This document shows, one piece after another, positions 43,056 to 54,202 of a stretch of 64,000 nucleotides of DNA (the first letter of the stretch is position 1; every line of letters begins with the position of its first letter). Location: positions 6,134 through 70,133 of IMG/VR virus record IMGVR_UViG_3300023096_000001; one strand, 5' to 3'. The notes beneath the pieces are model-generated. The model made no database searches and was not told where the DNA came from. It saw only the letters and a list, made by a program, of their open reading frames with translations. Both the position numbers and the translations under genes were made by a program. Source of the stretch: a virus.

Positions 43056-45434
43056 ATGGCATTATTTAACACATATCTACCGATACAAACTATCCAGCCT
43101 CGAAAAAGAAATTTTTCGGGGTCTTGGCTTGATACGGCTAAATTAAATATACTCGGAACCCGAACTGATGGGTCAGAAAACGGATGGGGAAAGATAGCGA
43201 ATGTAGCTCTTCCTACTGTTTTGGGAGCTGTAGCAGGCTACTTTTCAGGCGGAACGGCCACGGGATTAGGTGTGTCTGCAGGCAACTTACTTAACAAGGG
43301 TATGAATCTCGGAGCTAAAAATATCCTCGGAGGTACAGACAGCCAATTCCAGCAAATAGCTGCGACAAATAACCAAGAGCGAGATGACTCTTTAATCTCG
43401 TTGCTAGGAAATGTTGCGGGTCAAGCCGCTGGCGCAGCAAAAACCTCTGGCATATTTGATTCTAACAAGCCTCTTTCTTTAAAGAGCGACTTTACCACGA
43501 ATTCGCAAGGGAAGGCTTTTGATAGTATGATCCGTGGGCAGAATAATCAATTAAGTGGATTCGCCGGGAATGCGTCTCAAGCGGCAACTCCTAGTGGGTT
43601 TGGAGTGGCAGCAAATGCTTTGCCAAAGACTTCTTTTTTGGATGCGCTGATGAATAATACTCAGGGGCAGAACAACCAAAATAATGTACTTTCCAGTGCG
43701 GTAGGTTTGCTGAATCAGTTCAATCAGAGCCAAGCAAACGCACAGGGCATGATGAATCCTGCTAACGCGGGACAATTCCAGATGAATACCTCTCAAGGGC
43801 AAACCAGCTCGATCATTGAAAGACCGGGAGATAATAGTAATATTACCTGGCTTGATGACAATGTCAAAAAGAATAAGCAAGTAGGACAGACTACGTTGCC
43901 GAACTCTCTTTATGGGGGATACTCGGGTCCGAATGGTTTTGCTGAAGGAGGTAAGAGTGAGACGGGCAAGATTTACGATAGCGAAGATAAAACCTCAGAG
44001 GATTACTTTATGATCCCTATTGAGACGGCAAAAGAGTATGGGGTTTCCAGTTTACTGGATGCTATGTCTATCGGGGCGGGACGGTTCGAGGAAAGAATCT
44101 TCGACCAGGAAAGTAATATCAAACAGGAGGCAATTATGAAAGCGAATTTGCCGGTAGAAAAAAAGAAAACATTATTGGGAGAGCATATCTACGAAGAGTT
44201 ATTAACCCATAAAGATTTAATGCCTGAAAAGCAGAATTTTGCCATAGGAGGTAAGATAAAATATAAAACAGACGCAAAGGCTTCTTCGGGAATAAAAGAC
44301 TTCCAACAGGCTTATAACGAGTGGAGTCGGAACCAAGGGCTTCCTGCGATATCGGTGGATGGAAAGTATGGACCACAGACTTCAGCTGCTGTAACGAACT
44401 GGAATGCGAGTAACTTCGGAAGAGAAATTTATGTCGATGCAGTAAGCCAAGGCACCAAGAATGGCATTAGAACCAAGGCGATCAAAGACCTGACTTTGGA
44501 ATCTGCGTTTTCTCCTCGTTCGTATGTAGGAAGAGATTTTAAAAGCGCTATCCGTGGGTATGACGACAAAGGCAATCCTGTGACGGAGCGCAGTGCTCAG
44601 AATTATACCGGAGGGAATTTGACCCTTGGGGGAACAAATCCTTTGGCAGGGGATGCTTTGGCGAGAACGAATGCGGACACGGGTGCTTTGGCAACCGGGA
44701 ACTCACAATCGTCTTCTCCGGCTGTAAACCCATCAGCGGGTACTTCTGCGCCAGTAGCGGGATTAACACCTTTTCAAAGACAAAATGCTTTCGGGAACTT
44801 GGCAGATTTAGCAGTAGCAGGTATTGGTGCGATTACGGCAGCTAACAATCCTATCCCAAGATATAAACCGAGTTCGGAATATACCAACATGCTCTCGCAA
44901 GTGTATGCGCAGAAAGACCAAGGGTTCACGCCTAATGAGCAGGCACTTGTCAATCAGGGCTTGCAAAATAATTATGCGCAGAGTGTAAATACCATACGAC
45001 AAGCTGTAGGAGGAGGGGCTTCTCAAGGAGCGGTGTTAGGAGCTTTGGGTTCAGCTTCGGCTCAGCTCAATAGTGCTACTTTAAATGCGGCTGTGCAAGA
45101 TGACACGCTTCGCCGGAATAACTTCCAAAACTATCAGCGCGCAGTGAATGCTGATGAGCTTTTGAATCAGAATCTTTTTGCGCAAGATCAGCAAGCGGCT
45201 TTGGCTCAAAGATCAGCGGGACTTCAGATGCTTGACGCAGGACTTCAAAATATTGCCGAACGTCAGCAGTTTAATTCGCAGTATGGTCCGGGGACAACAT
45301 ATGACCAGTTACAGCAGGCACAACTAGCGGGCGCACAAAAACAAAATCAATTGGCAGAGGCGTATCCGATGATCTATGCGAATGCGTTACGCGAACAAGT
45401 AAAAAGAGTTGCCACGAATAACTTGAAAATTTAA
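43056..45434 (+). CDS. internal virion (ejection/cargo) protein 1 with peptidoglycan-binding motif
   Basis: Gly-rich hydrophobic segments, Q/N-rich helices, FQQAYN...VDGKYGPQTSAAV. Confidence 0.65.
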   Translation: MALFNTYLPIQTIQPRKRNFSGSWLDTAKLNILGTRTDGSENGWGKIANVALPTVLGAVAGYFSGGTATGLGVSAGNLLNKGMNLGAKNILGGTDSQFQQIAATNNQERDDSLISLLGNVAGQAAGAAKTSGIFDSNKPLSLKSDFTTNSQGKAFDSMIRGQNNQLSGFAGNASQAATPSGFGVAANALPKTSFLDALMNNTQGQNNQNNVLSSAVGLLNQFNQSQANAQGMMNPANAGQFQMNTSQGQTSSIIERPGDNSNITWLDDNVKKNKQVGQTTLPNSLYGGYSGPNGFAEGGKSETGKIYDSEDKTSEDYFMIPIETAKEYGVSSLLDAMSIGAGRFEERIFDQESNIKQEAIMKANLPVEKKKTLLGEHIYEELLTHKDLMPEKQNFAIGGKIKYKTDAKASSGIKDFQQAYNEWSRNQGLPAISVDGKYGPQTSAAVTNWNASNFGREIYVDAVSQGTKNGIRTKAIKDLTLESAFSPRSYVGRDFKSAIRGYDDKGNPVTERSAQNYTGGNLTLGGTNPLAGDALARTNADTGALATGNSQSSSPAVNPSAGTSAPVAGLTPFQRQNAFGNLADLAVAGIGAITAANNPIPRYKPSSEYTNMLSQVYAQKDQGFTPNEQALVNQGLQNNYAQSVNTIRQAVGGGASQGAVLGALGSASAQLNSATLNAAVQDDTLRRNNFQNYQRAVNADELLNQNLFAQDQQAALAQRSAGLQMLDAGLQNIAERQQFNSQYGPGTTYDQLQQAQLAGAQKQNQLAEAYPMIYANALREQVKRVATNNLKI

Positions 45435-45435
45435 C

Positions 45436-47025
45436 ATGGCTACTGGAGGGTATTATAATAATTCGGCTTCTGATCTGTTAACGGCGATTAAGCCGCGTGA
45501 TAATTGGGCAGCTCGTTCGCAAGCAAAAAGAGATGAACTTCAATACGGCAATATTCTTGAAGCAAGAGCGCGTCAGGAAGCTCAGGAGTCGCAGGCTGCG
45601 GTACAGGGACAAATGGAGTTTATCCAGCAAGTACAGGCGCTTCCTTTGGAGGAACCCGACAAAGTGCGTGTGGGTGGGTTTGTAGACAGTGCCTTAAATG
45701 ATATTTTAAAAAATATTGACAAAAATTACCAAGGTAATGCGCGTAGGTATTTTGAGACGGAGGGTGTGATTGGATTAAGCCAACTTAAGAATAGTCTGTT
45801 GAATTCTCCTGTATACCTGCAAGCGCAAAGCAACAAAGCCGAGATGGATTCTATTCGTAAGGCGATGGCCGATCAAAAGGAACTTATTGGCGAGTTTACA
45901 CCGGATGGGAAATACATCACCGCGCAGCAGCGTATTCTGGATTTTCAAAACGGGGTTACTGACCGTGTGCGATTCTCGGGTGCGTATGATCCTTCAAAAG
46001 TAAATGCTGCTGAGTTTTTTGGCAAGCAGTATGCGCCAGGCGGAAGTAAGTTTGTCAGGACAGCTGTTGGAGAAGAAGAAAAGCTGGGATATGCCATGCA
46101 GGAGCTTGGCGGTACAGCAGGGTTGGATTATTATCAAAAGAGTTTAAAAGGCAAAAAGATTTACCATAAAGTAGATCCGATTGAAGATAAGAAGCTATTT
46201 GATTTAAAGGTAGCTGGTGAAGGGTTGGATATGCAATTGACGCGCTCTCAGATCAACGAGAACAATGCACAGGCGGCAAAAGCCCGTGCTGATGCTGCTA
46301 AAAAAGCTACAGATGCTGCGCCTGCGACAAGTCAGTCTTACTTTCAAAAGACTTTGGCAACGAATTTAGGCGCAAAACCTGTGACGACTTTCAATCCTGC
46401 GGTGGCGAGTAATAGTATCATTCCGCAGCTAGGCGTCAGTGTAGGCAGCATTACAAAGTCTTCCGGTGGTAAACCTGCATTGGTGTTTAATCAGTTCGAG
46501 AATATTGCTGGAGACAAATATGCCAATGCTGCGTTGAATATTGTCACGAAAGAGTTAGGGGGCAAGAAAACTTATAGTGGCTCACTGCCTGGCTTGGTAG
46601 ATACGTCAGGTCCCGGAGCATATGTGAACTTACAGAATGTGCCGCATACAATATCCAAAAGTGATTCGTATATTTACACAGATGGAGCTGAGGAAACAAA
46701 CCGCGCGACGCAAGGAAAGACAATCCCCGACAGAGCATGGAAATATTACGAGGCTGTTGTCACAGAGGCTAACGCAAAAGCAAATAAAAATGTGCCAGGT
46801 TTCTCGGTACAAGGGAAAGAGTTAAAAACCTTGTATAAGGATAAAAAGACAGGGAATGATGTGAAAGGATATGTTTTTAAAGGATATGTACCTGTAACGA
46901 ATTACCTTAATGATCCCGTCCTGGATCAAACCTTAACAAAGGGCCTTTCTGGCGTAAAAACGGCGAACGAAATATTTGATCAGCAACCAACCACCAAACC
47001 GCCAGTGGTTTTCGACTGGAAGTAA
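45436..47025 (+). CDS. internal virion (ejection/cargo) protein 2
   Basis: 529 aa helical protein between cargo genes. Confidence 0.55.
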   Translation: MATGGYYNNSASDLLTAIKPRDNWAARSQAKRDELQYGNILEARARQEAQESQAAVQGQMEFIQQVQALPLEEPDKVRVGGFVDSALNDILKNIDKNYQGNARRYFETEGVIGLSQLKNSLLNSPVYLQAQSNKAEMDSIRKAMADQKELIGEFTPDGKYITAQQRILDFQNGVTDRVRFSGAYDPSKVNAAEFFGKQYAPGGSKFVRTAVGEEEKLGYAMQELGGTAGLDYYQKSLKGKKIYHKVDPIEDKKLFDLKVAGEGLDMQLTRSQINENNAQAAKARADAAKKATDAAPATSQSYFQKTLATNLGAKPVTTFNPAVASNSIIPQLGVSVGSITKSSGGKPALVFNQFENIAGDKYANAALNIVTKELGGKKTYSGSLPGLVDTSGPGAYVNLQNVPHTISKSDSYIYTDGAEETNRATQGKTIPDRAWKYYEAVVTEANAKANKNVPGFSVQGKELKTLYKDKKTGNDVKGYVFKGYVPVTNYLNDPVLDQTLTKGLSGVKTANEIFDQQPTTKPPVVFDWK

Positions 47026-47035
47026 TAAGTAACCC

Positions 47036-50000
47036 ATGGGAAAACAGCAGAATTCTTCAATAAAACCACTTGATTATTTTGCCGATATAAAGTCGGTTGT
47101 TGTGCCAGATCAATTCCGTCAGGTACTCTCTCAGAGTGGACGAGACCCGGACGTTTGGCAGGCAGAACTCAATACACGAATCAAGCAAGGGGGAGAAACA
47201 AAGTTCGATGCAATCAATCGGGCTTTTTCTGCATTTGACCAAGTTGGGCAGACAAATAAATATACCAGTCTTCTTCAGCAGGCAGCAAAGGATAAAGAGA
47301 CGCGCAGAGCGGAAACAGAATCAAGACGTGCAGGTAGGGAAGAACGTTCCTTAAACACGGCATCTACTTCAGAGGTGCCTGAGATCGACGTAAAAGAAGC
47401 AGTAAAAGAAACCATTACACCTAATCCCACCGAGCGAGTTAGCGCATCTACTGCTTTTTTTGGATCTCTTTACAACTCTTTGGCAGGGTTAGTGGAAGGC
47501 ACGGTAAATTCTTTAAGTGATGCCGATAATTTTGTGCAGCTTTCTAAAGGGAACCCTGTGCCGATGATTATTGAGAATGCTCAGAATAAAAAAGCCATTA
47601 AGGATAATTTTAACAAGATTAAAGTTGATCTGGATGAGCAGACTAAAAAATCTCCTTTTAACTTCTCAACCAATAAGGTAGGAAATCTTGAAGTAGACTT
47701 TAGTGAAGCAGATGATCCTAAAAGGTGGTTGGCTTCATTAGGAAGTGGTGTAGGGAGTTTAGTCTCTATTCTGGCGCCCAATAAAAAGGCAAGTTTCTTG
47801 ATGTCTTTTATGCAGCAGTACACCGGCAATCAGGATGATGCTTTAGAAGCGGGTCTTGTAGGTCCGCAAGCGGTATTGTATACAACAGGCACATCTTTGG
47901 TGCAATCGGCCTTAGAGCTCGTAGGAGATCAGGGTATCTTAAAAGCACTGAAGGGAGATGCCGGGAAAGAGGTGATTAAACAAGTGGTGAAAGATAAAGC
48001 AGGACGAGCGATTACGGATCTTGCAGAGAAAGGCATTACGAAGGACATATTTAATGATGTTGTCGAGCGCACTTTCAAGGAATCTGTGTCAGACTTAGCT
48101 AATAAGAATCTGGTTGATTCCTATAAAAAGATTGCCGGTAACTTATGGGGGAAATTCAAGAAGGGAGCAGCTCCTGAAGCGGTAACAGAATTCCTTCAGG
48201 AGTGGACTACTTATGGAGCACAGCGTGGATATAATGCTTTGATGGCGGACGAGAAGACTACACCTGGACAAGGAGAATTTCAGACTGATGCTTTTAAGAC
48301 CTTAGGAGATGCTTCTTTTGGGGCATTGCTCGGAGGGTTCTTAGGCGGATCGATAGGTTCATTTGCGCCCAATTCAAAAGAGTTGCATGAGACTTTAGGC
48401 GCGTTTGTGAGTTCTGATATTAAAACGCAGTTAGCGGCGAATCCAAATCTTTCACTGGAAGACTTGAAAGGGAATGCTCGTGTCAAAGGTCTTTTAGATG
48501 TGGCTACGCAGAATGGTCAATTCAATGATGCGAATGGTCAGCTGGATCAGGCAAAGTTGGAACAGGTCGCCAAAAAAGCAGATTTGCTTTATGACACGTT
48601 CTACGAGTTTAAAGATTTACCGAATCTGAGCGGAGAAGACCGTCTGTCGATGTTCAACATTACCGATACCCGAAACCGCTTACAGGAAACACAGACTCAG
48701 TTCGCGGCAGGTGTACAACAGGTAAACGAAATCGAAGCACAGGTACAGCAGGCGCGTGCTGAAGGTAATCTTTTGGCAGCTACCAAGCTAGAGGCAACAA
48801 GAGCGACCGTAGAACAGCAGCTTGGCGAGAAAAACCCTGAGACGGGAGAATATCTGGCGGCAGAAGAATTAACTCAGCAGGCTCAGAAAACAGAATCTAT
48901 TTTTAACCAGGCAATCCCGGAGATTACCAATGCAGACCCTGGTAGGAAAGCTTTAGGAAGGTCTTTCTTAAATAGCAACCTTTTCCCGGATGATAATTTT
49001 ACACCGGACAGTGAAACGATTCTTTCTGATGGATCGCTTGTTGTGCGTGATGATAACTCAACAGCGATTCGTCTAGTGAATACTGTACCGGTGCAGCCTG
49101 AAAGTGACATTACCTCCCAGCTGGATAAGGGCACTTACAAACCGATCACGCGGTTTACCAAAGAGTATGTGCCTATCAATAACTATCAGGCGTATGCGGA
49201 AGCGGCGAATAACATTGCCTCTGATAACACACAGCGTGCAACAGATGCGGCAAAATCTCCCTATGATTACAGGCAAGATGCGACAGATTTGATTGGTGTT
49301 GCCTCACAAGCCGCAGCCACTTTGAGCGCCAACCCTTCGGTGTATGATGCGGTGTCAGATCGTGTCACGAAGGCCTATGAATTTTACACCCAAATTGCCG
49401 AGAAAGACGCGAAGAGTACAACTCCTTCGGTGCCTGCTTTGACAGAAGAAGAATTCCAGAATGCTGTAGGGTTTTTGCCGGCAGTGAATGGTGTCCGCGT
49501 GGATCCGTTTGAGCAAACTATTCTGGCGAAGCAAGCAGAACTAAATATCCCGGCAGATGTTGCTTCGCTTTATACACCCTCTAATGATGCTATTGACACG
49601 ATCCTTGACATTGAAGAGGGTAATACGAACGTGCCTATCAAAACCGTCGAGAAGTCAATCAAAGAGCTAACATCGCTTCGTAAGCTATGGCAAAACAAGA
49701 GAAAGTCCTCGCGTAGAGAATACACACTTCCGCAGATTGATGAAGTGGTAGGTGCGATTGAGAATGATTTGAACACGTTAGCGAATGAAATTTCCTATCA
49801 ACAGGCTCCTGAACTAAGACCTGAAAGGATTGCTGCACCAGAACCAGCAACGCCTGCGGAGCCAGTAGCTCCAACAGAGGCAGAGATTGAGCAAGCGCAG
49901 ACACAAGAGCCTGTTGCGGAAGATCCTGTACAAGAAAATACAACCGAACCACAAGCCCAGCAACCTATAACAGAACCAGCCAATGAAAATCCTGTCAGCG

Positions 50001-53000
50001 AAGGAACTCGCCGCAATACCCGAAAGCCACGCTCAGTCAAACAGCAGTACGTTGCGGAGGCAGAACTCGCGCGGGCTCTCGAATCTACTCAAGACAGCGC
50101 AGAGCCGGTACGACCGGAGCCTGGACTTCCAGAACAAAGTACAGAGGAGACTATCCCAAGCGAAGAAACAGAACAATCTCTCGCAGACCTTGCTGGACAA
50201 CTTGACAGCCTCAGCGAAGAAATTGGATCAGCAGACGGACAAATACAGGAAGTCAATCGAAGACTTAACGATGTCCTTGACGAAACTGCCGGAGACGTCA
50301 GCGGAAGCGAACCGGATACTCAGACGGAAGCAGCGCCGGTACGAGAGCGTGTAAGCAATCCTACGACAGTTCAAAATGTGCTGACGCAGATCACCAAGGC
50401 ATTCCCAAATGTAGATGTTGTAGTGCCAGCTAACTTGCAAGAATTTATGCAAGAGGCGGGACTTCCTATTGATGCAAACGCGCCTACAGGATTTATCCGT
50501 AGCGGACAAGTCTTTTTGAATCCACAAACCATCCAAAATGATCCGAACACACCCATTCATGAGTTCGGGCACATCTGGTCGTTATGGGCAAAAACAAACA
50601 ATCCTGAATTATACAATAAAGGAATGTCACTTATTCAGAATAGCTCCTATTTAAGGAATATCAAACGCGACAGAAATTATAAAGGACTGTCCGAAGAAGC
50701 GCAAATCGATGAGGCGCTTGCAAAAGCGATTGGTGATAAAGGAGCACAGTTTGTGGGAGCCAATCGTAAGGCAGACTTTAAAAAGTGGCTTAACCAGGTA
50801 TTTAAGAACATCCAGTCGTATTACAATTCGATCAAGTCCATTGCCGGGTTAACCCCTGAGCAGATGGCTGATTTAGCGGTAGATGAGTTTGCGGCCAATG
50901 TCGCAGAGGATTTGCTTTCAGGCAATGAGATTTCAGGGATTGATAGTGCAGCGGTAAATGCGATTATGAACCCTGTATCGGAAACTGCAATAGAAACTAC
51001 CACCGAGCCAGCTCCTGTTGAAGAAGCGTCTGCACCACAGGAAGATACTGTAGTAGAATCTGAAAAGGCAATGGCGTGGGATATGCCTGTTTTGTTTACT
51101 TCTAAGGTGGTAAGTCCTGAGGTAGGGCGTAATGTTTCTTTCGACCAAGCGGGCACCCCTACAAGAGGTGTGATTGAAGGAGAAGACGGTGAATTTTACA
51201 AAGTGCGCGGCACCCGGAGTGGAAAGCTTTATACCGTTCCTAAAAGTGAAGTATCTGATGCAGTATTGTTCTCTTTTGGAATGTCAGGCTCAGGTGAGCA
51301 GTTAGGTACACAGCAGGAATTAAAAAATGATGCTACAGCAGATTTGCGTTCAGCAGGTGTGTATGGGGTGCTTGATAAAAAGCTAACGACTGCACAGAAA
51401 AATCTTATTGACAAGACGGCGAAGAAGTTTGGCTGGAAATATTTAGGGGCACAAGAGGTGGGCGGTGTTAAAGTGGATGATCGGTGGGAGCGTGACATCT
51501 CGAAAGACATGGATTCGTTCTTTCTTGCCGATGGGAAAATGGCATTCATCCCTTTAAAAGGTAAAGAAGGTGCGCCTGGCCGCGTGGCAGAAGGGGTGAA
51601 GCAAACAGAGACATGGCTTGAAAAACTGCGTTCGACAGCAAATCCTGCTTATAAAACTGCACTGTGGCTTGTTGATTCTTCCTTCGATAGATTAAATAAT
51701 ATCGAGACGTTTGTCAAGGCGATGGACGGACAAGAGCGCCTCTATAAGCAGCTGATCTCTGACGTTAAGCGTATGGGTTCTCAAAACCGGAATTACGCCT
51801 TTAATATTTTAGGTAGACAGTATGAAGATTTTAGACGACAGCTTGGAAAGTATGCAGTCCACAAAGGATCCTCTACGTTAGAATCTGTAGAAAAGGTGCC
51901 TGTAGAGTTGGTTCAATGGGACCGTAATTTAGGGAAATCGGTTAAACGAAATGTATCACTACCTGCTTCTGTGGTGATGAATATTGTGGCGTCACACCAA
52001 TCACAGCGTGCGATGGGAGAGGCCTATACTAAGAAAAAAGCCAAAGACTCCATGGGTGTGGAATACGATGAAGATCATACTTCTTTAGTGATTGATAGTT
52101 ATTATGATACAAATCCAGACGACATTAATTTATTCTGGAAAGACAAAGGTGGCGTGGCGGACGTGCATAAAGGTGTGCATTTTAAAAGAGATGTAATGCT
52201 TGAGGCGAATGCCAAAGGGGAGTTAGAAGTGGTGCAAGACGGTCGTCAATACGGATTGTTTACGCAATCGGAGATGGACCGGATGGAAGATTATGTCATG
52301 AATAGTGGACCGGCTGACCTTCGTGAAGGATATCAGAAAGTAAAGGCTGCTTTCAATGATGCACAGGTTAGAGAGTTGATTCGTAAAGAAAACGATGAGG
52401 CGATCAATCCGGCAGATCCCTTTGTGCTGGTGCCTGATTACTCGCCGCTTCAATCTGTGAATAGTGTCAGTGCTCAGGATAAAGTAAATTCTTTTTCTCC
52501 GAACCTCGAAGACGCCAAGCAGCTTAATGAAAGAACATCGCGTCCTGAAGCGATTTATGCGGAAGACATTCTTGACAGCTTTGATTACTATAAAGAATCT
52601 GTAGGTCACATTTTGGGCAGTACACGTCTTGTTCACAACTTAAAGAATTTACAACAGGCAATCAGTACTGACTACGAAGGACCATTAAAAGGTCGTATCG
52701 ATGGAATATTAAGTGATACGATTAAAAATCTTCAGAGTTACCGTCAATCTCAGTTTGAGACATCTCGCAAAGAAAAGGCTTTGAGACCGCTGCTTCTTTT
52801 GATGGGAAAATATACGGGCAATATCTTTAGAAGCAACTTGGGTATTTCTACCAAACAGATTGGCACCTGGTTCTCGGCAATGGGATTGGGCTATATCGAC
52901 AACAAATATATGTTCGGCAATCTTGAAATATGGGGTGCCATGGCAAAGATGTCCTTCGGCGGTTCTTTGTGGGACCGTTTTGCAGGAGGATCTATTGTCG

Positions 53001-54187
53001 AGGCTACCGGTAAAGGTTTAAAGGTGGGCAGTATTGACACACAAGAAGCTGATTATATCAGGGATTTGTTAGGAGATAATATTACGGATGCTACCGCAAA
53101 AGAAGAACACAAAAGAAATTGGGCTACGGTCATTCAGCGTGTGGTGTATGGTCAGAGCCAATATACTGAATCTGCTGATTTGGGACAGTTACGGTTTACG
53201 CGTGCCGGTCTTGCGAAGACAAAGCAGCTATGGAATTATTCAGACGCCATGTTCGAAGAATATGGTATGGCAAACATTCGTAGGCTAGACCGTGCCGTTA
53301 TTTTGGGTTACATGGTAGCTGCGAAAAGACAGGTCGCTGACGAGGTAGCTGCCGGAAAGGTAAAGCCAGAAGATGCAGATGCAAGAGCGGCTGAACTTAC
53401 GACAGAGACTTTATACCTGACCAACCAAATGAGTGACCCTTCGGACTTAACCATGCTTCAGCGGAACCCTACTTTTGCAAACCGGATTATAGGCATGTAT
53501 AGTGGACAGACGCAAAAGCTATGGAATCAGATGGCGGGTGCTGCGATAGATTATTTTAAGTATGCTGACACAGCGACTCCCGAGGAGAAAGCGCTACTTC
53601 AGAATCGGTTGATCGGATCTTTAGCTTCGAACTTGCTTGTGAATACGATGTGGATGGCGACAGCCAACTTAGGGGCATCTGTGTTAAGAGGATGGCTTTC
53701 TGGTGCCGATGACAAAGAAGATGGCTATTACCAAGATAAATTCAAATGGGATGTTGCTCGGTATATGACCGGCATTGCGCCAGGGTGGTGGTCTCAGGTT
53801 GCCAGCTTTGTAATTTCTGACATTGACAATGAGAAGTGGAAGGATGAAATCTTTGACGTGCCAGGTTCTGATGCGGTTTCTCAGGCATGGGAGCTCACCA
53901 AAGCAACATATGGTTTGACGGCTAGTGTTTTTGTTGACAAGACTGAGAAAGAGAAAACAAAGCTTTTAAATGATTTTACTTATAACTTCTCAAAGATATT
54001 TGGCGTGTTAAGTGGTGTGCCTAAAACATGGATTGATCCGGTAGCAAAGCGCTTAAAGGAGACGACCAAAGCACCAAAAGGCATTAAAGAAGATGATATT
54101 CAAATCGATGGCGAAACAGCAGTTGATCCAACTATTTTAGAGCCTTCTGGCGAAGAAGAGGCTCCAGAATATTTATATGATAATTAA
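47036..54187 (+). CDS. giant internal virion protein with zincin metallopeptidase domain
   Basis: 2383 aa; TPIHEFGHIW (HExxH) at 50558-50572; P/E-rich linker; helical C-terminal half. Confidence 0.7.
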   Translation: MGKQQNSSIKPLDYFADIKSVVVPDQFRQVLSQSGRDPDVWQAELNTRIKQGGETKFDAINRAFSAFDQVGQTNKYTSLLQQAAKDKETRRAETESRRAGREERSLNTASTSEVPEIDVKEAVKETITPNPTERVSASTAFFGSLYNSLAGLVEGTVNSLSDADNFVQLSKGNPVPMIIENAQNKKAIKDNFNKIKVDLDEQTKKSPFNFSTNKVGNLEVDFSEADDPKRWLASLGSGVGSLVSILAPNKKASFLMSFMQQYTGNQDDALEAGLVGPQAVLYTTGTSLVQSALELVGDQGILKALKGDAGKEVIKQVVKDKAGRAITDLAEKGITKDIFNDVVERTFKESVSDLANKNLVDSYKKIAGNLWGKFKKGAAPEAVTEFLQEWTTYGAQRGYNALMADEKTTPGQGEFQTDAFKTLGDASFGALLGGFLGGSIGSFAPNSKELHETLGAFVSSDIKTQLAANPNLSLEDLKGNARVKGLLDVATQNGQFNDANGQLDQAKLEQVAKKADLLYDTFYEFKDLPNLSGEDRLSMFNITDTRNRLQETQTQFAAGVQQVNEIEAQVQQARAEGNLLAATKLEATRATVEQQLGEKNPETGEYLAAEELTQQAQKTESIFNQAIPEITNADPGRKALGRSFLNSNLFPDDNFTPDSETILSDGSLVVRDDNSTAIRLVNTVPVQPESDITSQLDKGTYKPITRFTKEYVPINNYQAYAEAANNIASDNTQRATDAAKSPYDYRQDATDLIGVASQAAATLSANPSVYDAVSDRVTKAYEFYTQIAEKDAKSTTPSVPALTEEEFQNAVGFLPAVNGVRVDPFEQTILAKQAELNIPADVASLYTPSNDAIDTILDIEEGNTNVPIKTVEKSIKELTSLRKLWQNKRKSSRREYTLPQIDEVVGAIENDLNTLANEISYQQAPELRPERIAAPEPATPAEPVAPTEAEIEQAQTQEPVAEDPVQENTTEPQAQQPITEPANENPVSEGTRRNTRKPRSVKQQYVAEAELARALESTQDSAEPVRPEPGLPEQSTEETIPSEETEQSLADLAGQLDSLSEEIGSADGQIQEVNRRLNDVLDETAGDVSGSEPDTQTEAAPVRERVSNPTTVQNVLTQITKAFPNVDVVVPANLQEFMQEAGLPIDANAPTGFIRSGQVFLNPQTIQNDPNTPIHEFGHIWSLWAKTNNPELYNKGMSLIQNSSYLRNIKRDRNYKGLSEEAQIDEALAKAIGDKGAQFVGANRKADFKKWLNQVFKNIQSYYNSIKSIAGLTPEQMADLAVDEFAANVAEDLLSGNEISGIDSAAVNAIMNPVSETAIETTTEPAPVEEASAPQEDTVVESEKAMAWDMPVLFTSKVVSPEVGRNVSFDQAGTPTRGVIEGEDGEFYKVRGTRSGKLYTVPKSEVSDAVLFSFGMSGSGEQLGTQQELKNDATADLRSAGVYGVLDKKLTTAQKNLIDKTAKKFGWKYLGAQEVGGVKVDDRWERDISKDMDSFFLADGKMAFIPLKGKEGAPGRVAEGVKQTETWLEKLRSTANPAYKTALWLVDSSFDRLNNIETFVKAMDGQERLYKQLISDVKRMGSQNRNYAFNILGRQYEDFRRQLGKYAVHKGSSTLESVEKVPVELVQWDRNLGKSVKRNVSLPASVVMNIVASHQSQRAMGEAYTKKKAKDSMGVEYDEDHTSLVIDSYYDTNPDDINLFWKDKGGVADVHKGVHFKRDVMLEANAKGELEVVQDGRQYGLFTQSEMDRMEDYVMNSGPADLREGYQKVKAAFNDAQVRELIRKENDEAINPADPFVLVPDYSPLQSVNSVSAQDKVNSFSPNLEDAKQLNERTSRPEAIYAEDILDSFDYYKESVGHILGSTRLVHNLKNLQQAISTDYEGPLKGRIDGILSDTIKNLQSYRQSQFETSRKEKALRPLLLLMGKYTGNIFRSNLGISTKQIGTWFSAMGLGYIDNKYMFGNLEIWGAMAKMSFGGSLWDRFAGGSIVEATGKGLKVGSIDTQEADYIRDLLGDNITDATAKEEHKRNWATVIQRVVYGQSQYTESADLGQLRFTRAGLAKTKQLWNYSDAMFEEYGMANIRRLDRAVILGYMVAAKRQVADEVAAGKVKPEDADARAAELTTETLYLTNQMSDPSDLTMLQRNPTFANRIIGMYSGQTQKLWNQMAGAAIDYFKYADTATPEEKALLQNRLIGSLASNLLVNTMWMATANLGASVLRGWLSGADDKEDGYYQDKFKWDVARYMTGIAPGWWSQVASFVISDIDNEKWKDEIFDVPGSDAVSQAWELTKATYGLTASVFVDKTEKEKTKLLNDFTYNFSKIFGVLSGVPKTWIDPVAKRLKETTKAPKGIKEDDIQIDGETAVDPTILEPSGEEEAPEYLYDN

Positions 54188-54202
54188 GATTCCCGAACCC
54201 CC

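Noticed and set aside
43945-44252. Perfect AGGAGGT Shine-Dalgarno sequences implying internal starts in cargo 1
   Set aside because: They arise from xGGK codons; only one has a nearby GTG, and Bacteroidota rarely use SD
49830-50350. Tandem DNA repeat in the giant protein
   Set aside because: P/E/Q-rich disordered linker without a regular nucleotide period
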